Assembly (NCBI GenBank): GCA_903891505.1
Contig: CAITEO010000002.1
Coordinates: forward strand, 1-45,276
Origin: an uncultured Candidatus Woesearchaeota archaeon
Lineage (GTDB): Archaea > Nanobdellota > Nanobdellia > Woesearchaeales > 21-14-0-10-32-9
Reading direction: 5' to 3'
Length of the DNA: 45,276 nt
Shown: positions 16,513 to 24,537 of the stretch, in pieces
Layout of the letters: each line of letters opens with the position of its first letter
How positions within the stretch are numbered: position 1 is the first letter of the stretch
Notes under the pieces: generated by a model
Databases searched by the model: none
Told to the model about the DNA's origin: nothing
Seen by the model: only the letters and a program-made list of their open reading frames with translations
Program-made: the position numbers and the translations under genes

Positions 16513-17757
16513 TCATGGACAATCTTTGAAATTCTTTGATAACTCTGCATAGTTTGTTGCTTTTGCTTTTTGATAATAATTGCAACTTTCTGTTGTGTAT
16601 GAACAATATGTCTTGCCGCCAGACGTAAATTTAGATACTGCCTGGTCAGATGTGAAATCTGTCTTCGATGTTTCCTTGTATTTTGCATTTGAAACTGATG
16701 CAAGGCATTCGCAGTTTGTTAATGCAGCTTCGAATGAACAACGACCCCCTCCTGTTGAAGTGCCTCCGCAAGGACATTGCTGCGCATTTGCTTGGGTCGT
16801 TTGTCCTCCTTTGCAGATGTATTTTTGATCTAGTAGTTTGTTGTCAAAGTTAGATTTTAGTGTTCTTGCGCCTCCTGCTCTGTTGAAGCAATCAACATCC
16901 ACGTATTGATTATTTTTCGGATCATCACCCGCGTATGTGTTAGCCTGCGAGTCTGGATTGTTACAAGTTATGCCTGTGAGTCCTGCATTATTAGCTGGGA
17001 AGAAGCACATGTATGCCTGTCCATTTGGCTCTGATATTTTCATCACATAGAGTATTGTTTTATCTCCATTTTTGAATGCAGTGTGCCAAAAATATTTATT
17101 TTCTAACATATATCCAATTTGTTTCTCATTACTATCTTTCTTCGAGGAAGAAAATAGTATTGATGGAACAGGTGTCGGGCTTATACTTTTGATATCTGGA
17201 TCGGGTAAAATTGAAGACCTATCATTGAATTGTTTGTAGAAAGAATTTACAACACTTGCACCCATTATAACACATGGTTGAGCATTAGTTATTGTAACCG
17301 CTGAAACAGGAGTATCTACTCCTTGCGTTTTCATATCCTGTGTATCCAAGCTTTTTGATTCTGTTAGTCTAATTAGCATATCAGATCCTGATTTGTCGAA
17401 ATAAAGATTGAAATTATAATCGTAAAATCCACTCTGATCCATTGCGGGCAATTCAACAAAACAGAAGTCTTGATCTTTTGATGCAGCAGCAGTCGATATT
17501 GCTTTGCTCACTCCGTCAAAGAATGACATTTGCGCATCCATATTCTTATGGAAGTCCATCTGATTTTGTGTAGCATCCACTTCAGGCACTCCTCTTATCG
17601 CAGTGCGTATCTTATCAAATGCTTTTGGAATTAAACCATTGCCATAAAATATGAACACCATTAAAATTAAAAATCCTACAAGTATTATTATTGTAATCAA
17701 TGTGCCAAGTCCGGCACTATCTTCTCCTTTCCTACCTATTTTTCTTAGTTTTTTCAT
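16513..17757 (-). CDS. class III signal (pilin-like) protein, large Cys-rich mature domain
   Basis: N-terminus GRKGE-DSAGLGTLITIIILVGFLILMVFIF, paralogous at the N-terminus to 17975-19375. Confidence 0.65.
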   Translation of the reverse strand: MKKLRKIGRKGEDSAGLGTLITIIILVGFLILMVFIFYGNGLIPKAFDKIRTAIRGVPEVDATQNQMDFHKNMDAQMSFFDGVSKAISTAAASKDQDFCFVELPAMDQSGFYDYNFNLYFDKSGSDMLIRLTESKSLDTQDMKTQGVDTPVSAVTITNAQPCVIMGASVVNSFYKQFNDRSSILPDPDIKSISPTPVPSILFSSSKKDSNEKQIGYMLENKYFWHTAFKNGDKTILYVMKISEPNGQAYMCFFPANNAGLTGITCNNPDSQANTYAGDDPKNNQYVDVDCFNRAGGARTLKSNFDNKLLDQKYICKGGQTTQANAQQCPCGGTSTGGGRCSFEAALTNCECLASVSNAKYKETSKTDFTSDQAVSKFTSGGKTYCSYTTESCNYYQKAKATNYAELSKNFKDCP

Positions 17758-17768
17758 GATGTTCTACT

Positions 17769-17972
17769 TCATTCATTTCCAAATATGCTGTTGACTAAAA
17801 AGTTGGAATCTGAGTTTAAAAGTATTATATATGTTGCGACGATCGCGAGCAATATGGCTATAAGTATTATTCTAATTAAAGTTGATTTTATGAGTCCTTT
17901 TCGTCCGAGGCCACGAGATCTATGAACGCTCGTCAAACAACGTACTATGCATATGATTCTGTTGAAATCCAT
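17769..17972 (-). CDS. mini pilin-like protein (67 aa)
   Basis: The ATG at 17972 lies 2 nt after the upstream stop. GRKGL-IKSTLIRIILIAILLAIVATYIILL is followed by only ~17 further residues. Confidence 0.4.
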   Translation of the reverse strand: MDFNRIICIVRCLTSVHRSRGLGRKGLIKSTLIRIILIAILLAIVATYIILLNSDSNFLVNSIFGNE

Positions 17973-17974
17973 AA

Positions 17975-19375
17975 TTAAACCACCTGCGTGCACTCATTGC
18001 CTACTGAGTTAACATCTGTTATTAAAACCATTTGAGGACGATCGACAGTAAGCTTTTGTTTAAACCAATTCAAGAAACTTAAAGGATCGTCGTCAGGAGT
18101 ATCATATATAAAATTTAACGCCTTATATATTGGTCTCCAAGTGGCACTAAATCTCTCATCAGACACTCCAACGTATGCAATTACGTATGTGTGTTCTGTT
18201 CTGATGTTGTCAACAACAGGCCACGTTTGACCTTCGTTTGAAAGATAGTAATAATATGACTTCGGACTAACTCCGGGAATCGCATTCGCGCCTCCAAGCA
18301 TTTTTCTAGATATATCCCTGATTGATAATCTTGTGGCTTCGCCAATCGCTTTTTTTACGCATGCAGAATCGGAACAATCTGCTGCAGTTTTTTCTGCAAC
18401 TTGGAATCTACTCTCCAAAATCTGGTTGATGTCATAGTCTTTTATGAACACAGAAAGATCTGATCCGACATGAACTCGTATTTTATGATTTTTTAAATCT
18501 ACCATCACGAGAAGTGCATCATATGTTGATTCGTTCGTGTTGATGTGTGCATCTTCTATTATTCCTCTTGCATCGCTTGGATCCATCGCGCTGAATTCAT
18601 CCGCAGTTATTAAAAGAAGATTTGCTACATGCCCCTTTTGAAGATTTATTCCTGCCTGCTCTATTTCATCCTTTTGATCTTGTGTTAGAGTAAATCCATA
18701 ATCCATTATATAACCTGATGCAAGTTTCGCATCTATTTTTGATGGCTTTATTACTCGGTCATTATCTCCTATGCCTGCATCTGCTTTGAAGTCATAAATC
18801 GCGCCATAATAGTTCTTTGTTCCGCCACCATATATTATGGCTGGATTATACGCTTTGGACGCCAGATAGTTTATCATCTCCGGCGCAGAAATGTTGTTGC
18901 TCTCTCTTTTTATGGGCTCGTTTAGAAATTTAATCGGAGTTGCTGTTCCATCATCAAGTTTTCCTGATACGGTGAATGTGTAGCAGACAAAACATGCCTT
19001 TTCTTCTCTTTCTACTTTGAATATATCCTGCACAGACCCCTCAGCGAACTGCCACCAACACCGTGCTGCGCGATCTGCTATTTGTTTTTTTATTCCTTCT
19101 CTATCTCCTTTCAAAGTTCCTAATTTCTTTGTCTTGCAAACAATAGGAGTTAGTTTCTCCATGTCTGCAACTCCTGTCATTAAAGTTATTGTCGCCTTTC
19201 CTCTTAGAATAACACTCGCTCGACAAAGAGTGTTTTGAGTAGCCTCATCTGATCTTGATGCGATGAGAACAATCGTTCCTATGATTGCTATTAACACAAG
19301 TATCGCTATGATCATAGTTGCAAGAGTACCTATGGTCGCATCCTCTCCTTTCCTCGAGCCTATAAATCTCTTCAT
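17975..19375 (-). CDS. class III signal (pilin-like) protein with TPM-like domain
   Basis: N-terminus SRKGE-DATIGTLATMIIAILVLIAIIGTIVLI. The internal segment YIMDYGFTLTQDQKDEIEQAG...NLLLITADEF...YDALLVMVDLKNHKIRVHVGSDLSVFIKDYDINQIL resembles the TPM (TLP18.3/Psb32/MOLO-1) fold pattern; this is inference. Confidence 0.65.
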   Translation of the reverse strand: MKRFIGSRKGEDATIGTLATMIIAILVLIAIIGTIVLIASRSDEATQNTLCRASVILRGKATITLMTGVADMEKLTPIVCKTKKLGTLKGDREGIKKQIADRAARCWWQFAEGSVQDIFKVEREEKACFVCYTFTVSGKLDDGTATPIKFLNEPIKRESNNISAPEMINYLASKAYNPAIIYGGGTKNYYGAIYDFKADAGIGDNDRVIKPSKIDAKLASGYIMDYGFTLTQDQKDEIEQAGINLQKGHVANLLLITADEFSAMDPSDARGIIEDAHINTNESTYDALLVMVDLKNHKIRVHVGSDLSVFIKDYDINQILESRFQVAEKTAADCSDSACVKKAIGEATRLSIRDISRKMLGGANAIPGVSPKSYYYYLSNEGQTWPVVDNIRTEHTYVIAYVGVSDERFSATWRPIYKALNFIYDTPDDDPLSFLNWFKQKLTVDRPQMVLITDVNSVGNECTQVV

Positions 19376-19449
19376 GTGTTCCTCTAAATACTCTCTAAAT
19401 ATACACTATGATTCCTGAATTGAATGTTAAATGACCTTTTTTGATATTG

Positions 19450-19572
19450 TTAAACAATTTTGTATATTAAATAAACGCCATACATAAGCAACAAAAATAG
19501 CACAACAAATAAGATGGAAATAATCAACGTTTTTGTCATTGATTTTTCCTCTCCTTTTCTAGATAGCGCCAT
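19450..19572 (-). CDS. 40-aa mini pilin-like peptide (not in the ORF track)
   Basis: Translation MALSRKGEEKSMTKTLIISILFVVLFLLLMYGVYLIYKIV*. It has the same SRKGE motif as the next gene. A consensus TATA box has its centre 26.5 nt upstream of its ATG, and an oligo-T terminator of the preceding unit lies upstream. Confidence 0.45.
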   Translation of the reverse strand: MALSRKGEEKSMTKTLIISILFVVLFLLLMYGVYLIYKIV

Positions 19573-19594
19573 AGCTAATCATCCTCTATTTTAC

Positions 19595-19602
19595 TATATA
19601 AA
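19595..19602 (-). promoter_or_regulatory. TATA box (TTTATATA on minus strand) for the leaderless mini-pilin ORF
   Basis: The plus strand reads tatataaa. The box centre is 26.5 nt upstream of the ATG at 19572. Confidence 0.5.
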
Positions 19603-19681
19603 TGTTTGTATGGATTGCTCTTGAAAAATAGAATAAATACTACCCTTACGAAAACTAAGAAGAAAATTTACTTGAACCGTT

Positions 19682-19697
19682 AAAAAAAACCAAAAAA
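19682..19697 (-). terminator. oligo-T terminator (T6 GG T8 on minus strand) after the 402-aa pilin-like gene
   Basis: The plus strand has A8 (19682-19689) and A6 (19692-19697), 63-78 nt downstream of the stop at 19760. This marks an internal transcription-unit boundary in the cluster. Confidence 0.5.
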
Positions 19698-19759
19698 CAA
19701 ATCCAGAAAATGCAAACCGCGTATTATCAAAATGAACATTATATTATGACTTGCTTACG

Positions 19760-20968
19760 TTAGCCAGTTCTATTTACTTCAAAATTTTCTGTGAACGACC
19801 CTGTCTTTGTATCTCCAGTATATGTTTCCATTACAAACGTCATTCTGACCAACCCATTTACAGGTACTTTGCTCGCGCATCCTGAATAATCTATTAGTAA
19901 TTGTGCTTCATTTCCGACACCGCAAGAACTAGGTGATGCATATTTTGTATCTAAAAGTCTCATGCACGGACCTACTAACACTTGACATTTTGGATCGACA
20001 GAATCTAAATCGTTCCACATTTTGAATTTTTCATACATTCCGGAATCTGCGCGAACGAATTGTTTGGATACATTCGATTCGTCTTCATACCATTGAAGCG
20101 GTCCTTTAGGCAACGCTACCGGATGAGCATAATCCACATTTGATTCTGTAATATACACACTAGGCGTTCCAGTTTTATGAACATTCGCTGTCTGTGTTGC
20201 TTGATTTGTAGTTGGTGTTCCAACTACATTCACATACACTGTTGCCGAGGCTAGTATGTTAACTTTGCTCGTATCTGTATTGTTGAATACCATTATGTCA
20301 AGTTTGTATCTTTTTCCTGCAGCACCCGCTAGAGGAGTTATGATTATTGCTTTCTTGTTTGTCTGATCGCATGTTCCTCTTATTGTTCTTCCTTCGAACC
20401 AAGCATCTGTGATTGAAATTGGATTTCCTTCATTTGTTATATCTCGCAAGGTTATAGAGCATATTTTGTCCTTTCCTTCAAGCCATGTAACAAGTTTTAT
20501 TTTGTCTCCAATTGCAGGAGTGTATGTTTTTCCTGATTGTACTTGCGAAGTGAGATCTGGATCGGTTATATCTCCTGCATATAGCAGCACTGTATCGCTT
20601 CCTGTGGTTGCGCCTGAGTTGCCTGCACCTCCAGTTTTTGTTGCATCGTTGCCTTTGGCGTTAGTACTTCCCCCAACAATATGTGAAGCATTGTTGCAAT
20701 CAGCCATTCTTTGTCCTATGTCAAGAGGTCCTTCGCAACAAGTATATTCTTTTCCTTGTTTGTTTTTGCAAGAACCGACACCTGAATCCATTTTTCCAGT
20801 TGGACAAGCGCTTCCTTTTTCCACAAATACTCCTGTACACTGTGTTACTGAATTTGTTGCTGGAAAAATTTTATCTTTAAGAAGATATATTCCAAATCCT
20901 AAGAGAATTAACACTAACACTACAGTCATTAATATTTTTATAACTGAGGAATCGCCTTTCTTGTTCAT
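19760..20968 (-). CDS. class III signal (pilin-like) protein with Cys headpiece
   Basis: N-terminus MNKKGD-SSVIKILMTVVLVLILLGFGIYLL, then QCTGVFVEKGSACPTGKMDSGVGSCKNKQGKEYTCC. Confidence 0.65.
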   Translation of the reverse strand: MNKKGDSSVIKILMTVVLVLILLGFGIYLLKDKIFPATNSVTQCTGVFVEKGSACPTGKMDSGVGSCKNKQGKEYTCCEGPLDIGQRMADCNNASHIVGGSTNAKGNDATKTGGAGNSGATTGSDTVLLYAGDITDPDLTSQVQSGKTYTPAIGDKIKLVTWLEGKDKICSITLRDITNEGNPISITDAWFEGRTIRGTCDQTNKKAIIITPLAGAAGKRYKLDIMVFNNTDTSKVNILASATVYVNVVGTPTTNQATQTANVHKTGTPSVYITESNVDYAHPVALPKGPLQWYEDESNVSKQFVRADSGMYEKFKMWNDLDSVDPKCQVLVGPCMRLLDTKYASPSSCGVGNEAQLLIDYSGCASKVPVNGLVRMTFVMETYTGDTKTGSFTENFEVNRTG

Positions 20969-20985
20969 AATTCAGCCCCTAAAAC

Positions 20986-21231
20986 TCAGCCCATCGGATT
21001 ACAACAAGTTTCTGCCGCATTTGAGCAAGTTACTGTCGAGCCGTCTGAAGGAATTATTTGGTTTCCGCTGGAACATACTTTGCATATTCCTCCTTTGAGC
21101 CCACAGGATGTTCCCTGATTGGCACCGTTGCTGCTCTTTGTAATCAAGAATACAAGTATAACGAGTATTATTATTGCTATGACTACCATTATTATCATGT
21201 TTATGCTCATTTCTCCTTTCTTTGGATTCAT
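20986..21231 (-). CDS. small Cys-rich pilin-like protein (candidate major subunit), paralog A
   Basis: MNPKKGE-MSINMIIMVVIAIIILVILVFLI, then a 6-Cys headpiece C-x6-C-x2-C-x15-C-x6-CC. A GAGGT SD lies 8 nt upstream. Confidence 0.7.
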   Translation of the reverse strand: MNPKKGEMSINMIIMVVIAIIILVILVFLITKSSNGANQGTSCGLKGGICKVCSSGNQIIPSDGSTVTCSNAAETCCNPMG

Positions 21232-21272
21232 CGTTCATACCTCGAATACATTTATTCTATTCAAGTAAGCAT

Positions 21273-21521
21273 TTATGGTTTTATGCAGCATTTCTGGCCG
21301 CTTGAACATGATGCTGTTGGATGTAGAATATATCCTTCTCCTGCATCATCATTGCAGTTTCCTGAGGACTCTATGCACTGACCGCCAATCCCCGAGCAGG
21401 TTGTTCCGTTTGTTAATGGTCCTCCTACCCTGGTGAATAGAAGCACTGCTAGTATCACGAGGATTATCAGAGCTATTGCTGCTACAATTATTAGGTTTAT
21501 GCTCATATCTCCCTTTTTCAT
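21273..21521 (-). CDS. small Cys-rich pilin-like protein (candidate major subunit), paralog B
   Basis: MKKGD-MSINLIIVAAIALIILVILAVLLF, then C-x6-C-x6-C-x15-C-x5-CC. The ATG at 21521 is preferred over 21548 because an AGAGGTG SD lies 7 nt upstream of 21521. Confidence 0.7.
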   Translation of the reverse strand: MKKGDMSINLIIVAAIALIILVILAVLLFTRVGGPLTNGTTCSGIGGQCIESSGNCNDDAGEGYILHPTASCSSGQKCCIKP

Positions 21522-21665
21522 TTGAACACCTCTCAAGCGTTGTTGCATTTGTTTATTGACACATGTTGAGCGAGCTAAACAAATACTGATAGTGGATAAT
21601 GGACGCTCGGGTATTTAAAGTTTTCTAAGACTACGAGTATTGTGAAGTGTGGTGAGAATTTTTGT

Positions 21666-22229
21666 TCATCCGCAGACGATTATGCGCAGCTGCATTGATT
21701 GAAATGTTGTAGTTACAAAAGGAGTTATATCTGTTTTTGTTCCAGCGTAGCTTTTGTTGCAGCCGGTTGAGAGACTAATATATTCTCTTCCCTGAGAATC
21801 CCTGACTGTGACATTATATTCATAATTCCCCCATAAATCTAGTGTTTGATTCAAAATGTACTTTATTGTGTTGTTTGCATAAACACAGGAATCTACTCCG
21901 TCGCACATAATTTCCTTGTTGAAACTGCAGTCCTCAAGTAAGTCTCTTATTTTGTATTTGCATGGACTCGTTGATTCAATAATAGTCGTGCCGATATTGC
22001 TTATGGTTAGTGTTGTTCCGACTTCTTTTTTTTGTGAAGACACTGTTTTTGAATTGTTTATTGCGAATGAAAACCCGAAGAACATCACTAAACTAATAAG
22101 TATTACTATGACAAGCAAGCCCATGGTTTCTATCTGGCCTCTTTTCACCAAATAATTATGCTCAGTTCGAGAACAAATATTTTTCCTATTATGTTTAATA
22201 ATTTTGTTCGGTTTAATATTTCGTTTCAT
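21666..22229 (-). CDS. class III signal (pilin-like) protein, Gln+1 type
   Basis: VKRGQ-IETMGLLVIVILISLVMFFGF. ATGA overlap with the upstream gene. Confidence 0.6.
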   Translation of the reverse strand: MKRNIKPNKIIKHNRKNICSRTEHNYLVKRGQIETMGLLVIVILISLVMFFGFSFAINNSKTVSSQKKEVGTTLTISNIGTTIIESTSPCKYKIRDLLEDCSFNKEIMCDGVDSCVYANNTIKYILNQTLDLWGNYEYNVTVRDSQGREYISLSTGCNKSYAGTKTDITPFVTTTFQSMQLRIIVCG

Positions 22230-22750
22230 GAGTAGGTTTTCACCTCTAGAATTGAAAAGTAATTCTCATTTGATATCGGGTTATTGATTAATATTGGTAT
22301 AAATGTTGGGGTGCTAGATTTATTTGCTGAGTTGTTGTAATCATATAATGTTACATTCTCTACAGTAGAATTAAACATCATTATTCTTACAGTTATTTTT
22401 GAATTTTTGAAGACAAAATAATAATATTGCTTAGCTTCCTGTTTATCTGCATCAATTGTGCTCTTGAATGCTTTCAATCTGTAATAATCGAAGCAAGTTT
22501 TTACCATAACGTTGCTATCTGAGCATTTTAGTTCGTTTAGACTAGAGGCTATAACTGCAATCTTCATGGCGTTTATATCGTTCATGTTTTGTTTTTCAGT
22601 TTGAATGCTGCCATTTTTGCTGTTTACAAAGAAAACTAATCCTACTATTATCATTATTATAACTATTATTATTACCACTACTGTTTCGCCGCTTTGTAAC
22701 TGACCTTTCTTGCAGTTATTATTGCATTTATTGTTTTTTATATTTACCAC
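22226..22750 (-). CDS. class III signal (pilin-like) protein, Gln+1 type
   Basis: CKKGQ-LQSGETVVVIIIVIIMIIVGLVFF. GTG start. Confidence 0.55.
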   Translation of the reverse strand: MVNIKNNKCNNNCKKGQLQSGETVVVIIIVIIMIIVGLVFFVNSKNGSIQTEKQNMNDINAMKIAVIASSLNELKCSDSNVMVKTCFDYYRLKAFKSTIDADKQEAKQYYYFVFKNSKITVRIMMFNSTVENVTLYDYNNSANKSSTPTFIPILINNPISNENYFSILEVKTYS

Positions 22751-22821
22751 GTCGTGTTTTTTTGTTCATTGTGCATATTTTTATATTTTCTTTGCATCAT
22801 ATTATGCTTGTGACATCTCAT

Positions 22822-23949
22822 TTAGTATATTGTTGGGCAATTAGGCTTAGCCATATCTTTGTTCATTGTATTTATAGCCTCTATGTATGAATTCAAATTG
22901 TTGTAGTTATTCGTTGGATATGTTGAGTTTGTTATTGTTATATTTATGTAGTCTTGCAGCACTCCTGTTCCGAAGAAATAATTGCACTCAGGAATTGTTT
23001 TTTCTATGTTTGCAATTTGATTTGTTCTGTTGAGGTTTATTTCTCCGACGATTCTTGCTGTGTGCATAAGTTTCTCCATTGTGCAGCCGTAGAGTTTCTC
23101 GTCGCCCGATATTATTGCGCCAAGCAGAACCTCGTCGTTAACATATGGTTTCCAGGCGGATGAGTTTTGGTATTTATTTATTTCATCAGAATTAGGATCA
23201 TAAAATAGTACTTTTTTTTCTGTATTTGTCTTGCTTAGATCTACTATCTTGCTTTTTCTTAGGACTGCATTTTGAAGACTATTAAGCCCTATTTTATAGC
23301 TAGGCGCTACTATTATGTACTGCCTAAATCCCTGGTCGGTAATATTTTTAATGTTATCTTTAACTACTAACATTCTCTCGAAATTCACAGGCAACATATC
23401 ATAGTATGGTTTTGTGAGCGGGTCATCAATAAAAATATACTGTGTTTTCTCATCGCTAAGATAAAGTATTTGCGTTACAGGATAGGGCGCAGCATATAGT
23501 TTAGTCCAAACTATTGGCTTTGATCCCCCGACAATTTGAGGTGTGAAAATAATTTCTGTCTCCAACTGAATTCTGGATTTGCCATCCTTAAGAGAATATG
23601 TGTGTCCATCTTGTTCACATCTAAAAACCATCTCTGCATTGAGCATTTCAAGCGTCTGAAATGAATCTGGATTTTGCTGTATTGTAGCAAGCAGCGCCGC
23701 CATTCTTCCGCCGATAATAGTTGATAATTCTTGTACGCTGTCTTTTTTTTGGTTGTTTGTAAGCACTATAAAGAATATTAGTATGGCTGCGCCAGCTATA
23801 AGCACAAATATCCAATGAAATGTTATTTCTATTTGCGCTTTTTTTTGTGCAGGAATATATATTTTATTCTTTGATTTATTCTGCAACTTATTCTGTACTT
23901 TTTCTTCATGTACTTTTTTAGAAACAGCCGACTTGAGTTCTTGTTTCAT
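22822..23949 (-). CDS. class III signal (pilin-like) protein, Ala-Gln type
   Basis: QKKAQ-IEITFHWIFVLIAGAAILIFFIVL after a ~35-aa basic N-region. Confidence 0.55.
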   Translation of the reverse strand: MKQELKSAVSKKVHEEKVQNKLQNKSKNKIYIPAQKKAQIEITFHWIFVLIAGAAILIFFIVLTNNQKKDSVQELSTIIGGRMAALLATIQQNPDSFQTLEMLNAEMVFRCEQDGHTYSLKDGKSRIQLETEIIFTPQIVGGSKPIVWTKLYAAPYPVTQILYLSDEKTQYIFIDDPLTKPYYDMLPVNFERMLVVKDNIKNITDQGFRQYIIVAPSYKIGLNSLQNAVLRKSKIVDLSKTNTEKKVLFYDPNSDEINKYQNSSAWKPYVNDEVLLGAIISGDEKLYGCTMEKLMHTARIVGEINLNRTNQIANIEKTIPECNYFFGTGVLQDYINITITNSTYPTNNYNNLNSYIEAINTMNKDMAKPNCPTIY

Positions 23950-23950
23950 T

Positions 23951-24502
23951 TTAACCGTTATCAGCAGATATGCTAACCTTTCCTTTTCCTATTCCTTCTA
24001 GCTTAATATAGAAAAGATTGCCTGTTGAATTGAGGCAAAGAACTCCTGAATTCGCAGGAGTTCCTGATACTTGTATTATATCAAGTCCATACAAAGTCAT
24101 TGTTTTGGATGATGATACAAGGAACACATTATTTCCTGTTCCAACAGTGTATTCTGTATTTATAGACGGATACTTTTCCTTGAGCAAAGTTAAACCAGCA
24201 GAATTTATTGTTGTATTTATGAAGCATAATTGATTGTACTCACATGGTGCTTTGATTGTTTTCCTGGCTAAGTCTCCGTAATTGTTGCTCTGCTCTATCA
24301 TTAGTTTTAGCTGTGTTTTGAATGTTGCCTGATCGACACTACATCCTTGATTCATTATCTTATTTATTGATTTGTATCCAAAGAGAAGCACAGCACCGAC
24401 TATTAATATTGCCATTAAGTATATGAACACTTGCTGTGTTTGAGCGCGTCTGTTAGACTTTCTATAAGCTACTTTTCTGTTTTTAAATTTATTATTGTTC
24501 AA
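23951..24502 (-). CDS. class III signal (pilin-like) protein, Ala-Gln type
   Basis: NRRAQ-TQQVFIYLMAILIVGAVLLF. TTG start with a GAGGAT SD 7 nt upstream. Confidence 0.55.
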   Translation of the reverse strand: MNNNKFKNRKVAYRKSNRRAQTQQVFIYLMAILIVGAVLLFGYKSINKIMNQGCSVDQATFKTQLKLMIEQSNNYGDLARKTIKAPCEYNQLCFINTTINSAGLTLLKEKYPSINTEYTVGTGNNVFLVSSSKTMTLYGLDIIQVSGTPANSGVLCLNSTGNLFYIKLEGIGKGKVSISADNG

Positions 24503-24537
24503 ATTTTATCCTCGATATAATTAGATTATTTTTTCTT

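Noticed and set aside
20409-21098. A 229-aa plus-strand ORF (with 20683-20880, 21058-21381, and the minus-strand alternative frame 20999-21238).
   Set aside because: These run antisense or out of frame across two pilin-like genes and their spacer. They have no start signals, whereas the minus-strand genes have SD sites and the recurrent KKG plus helix signature.
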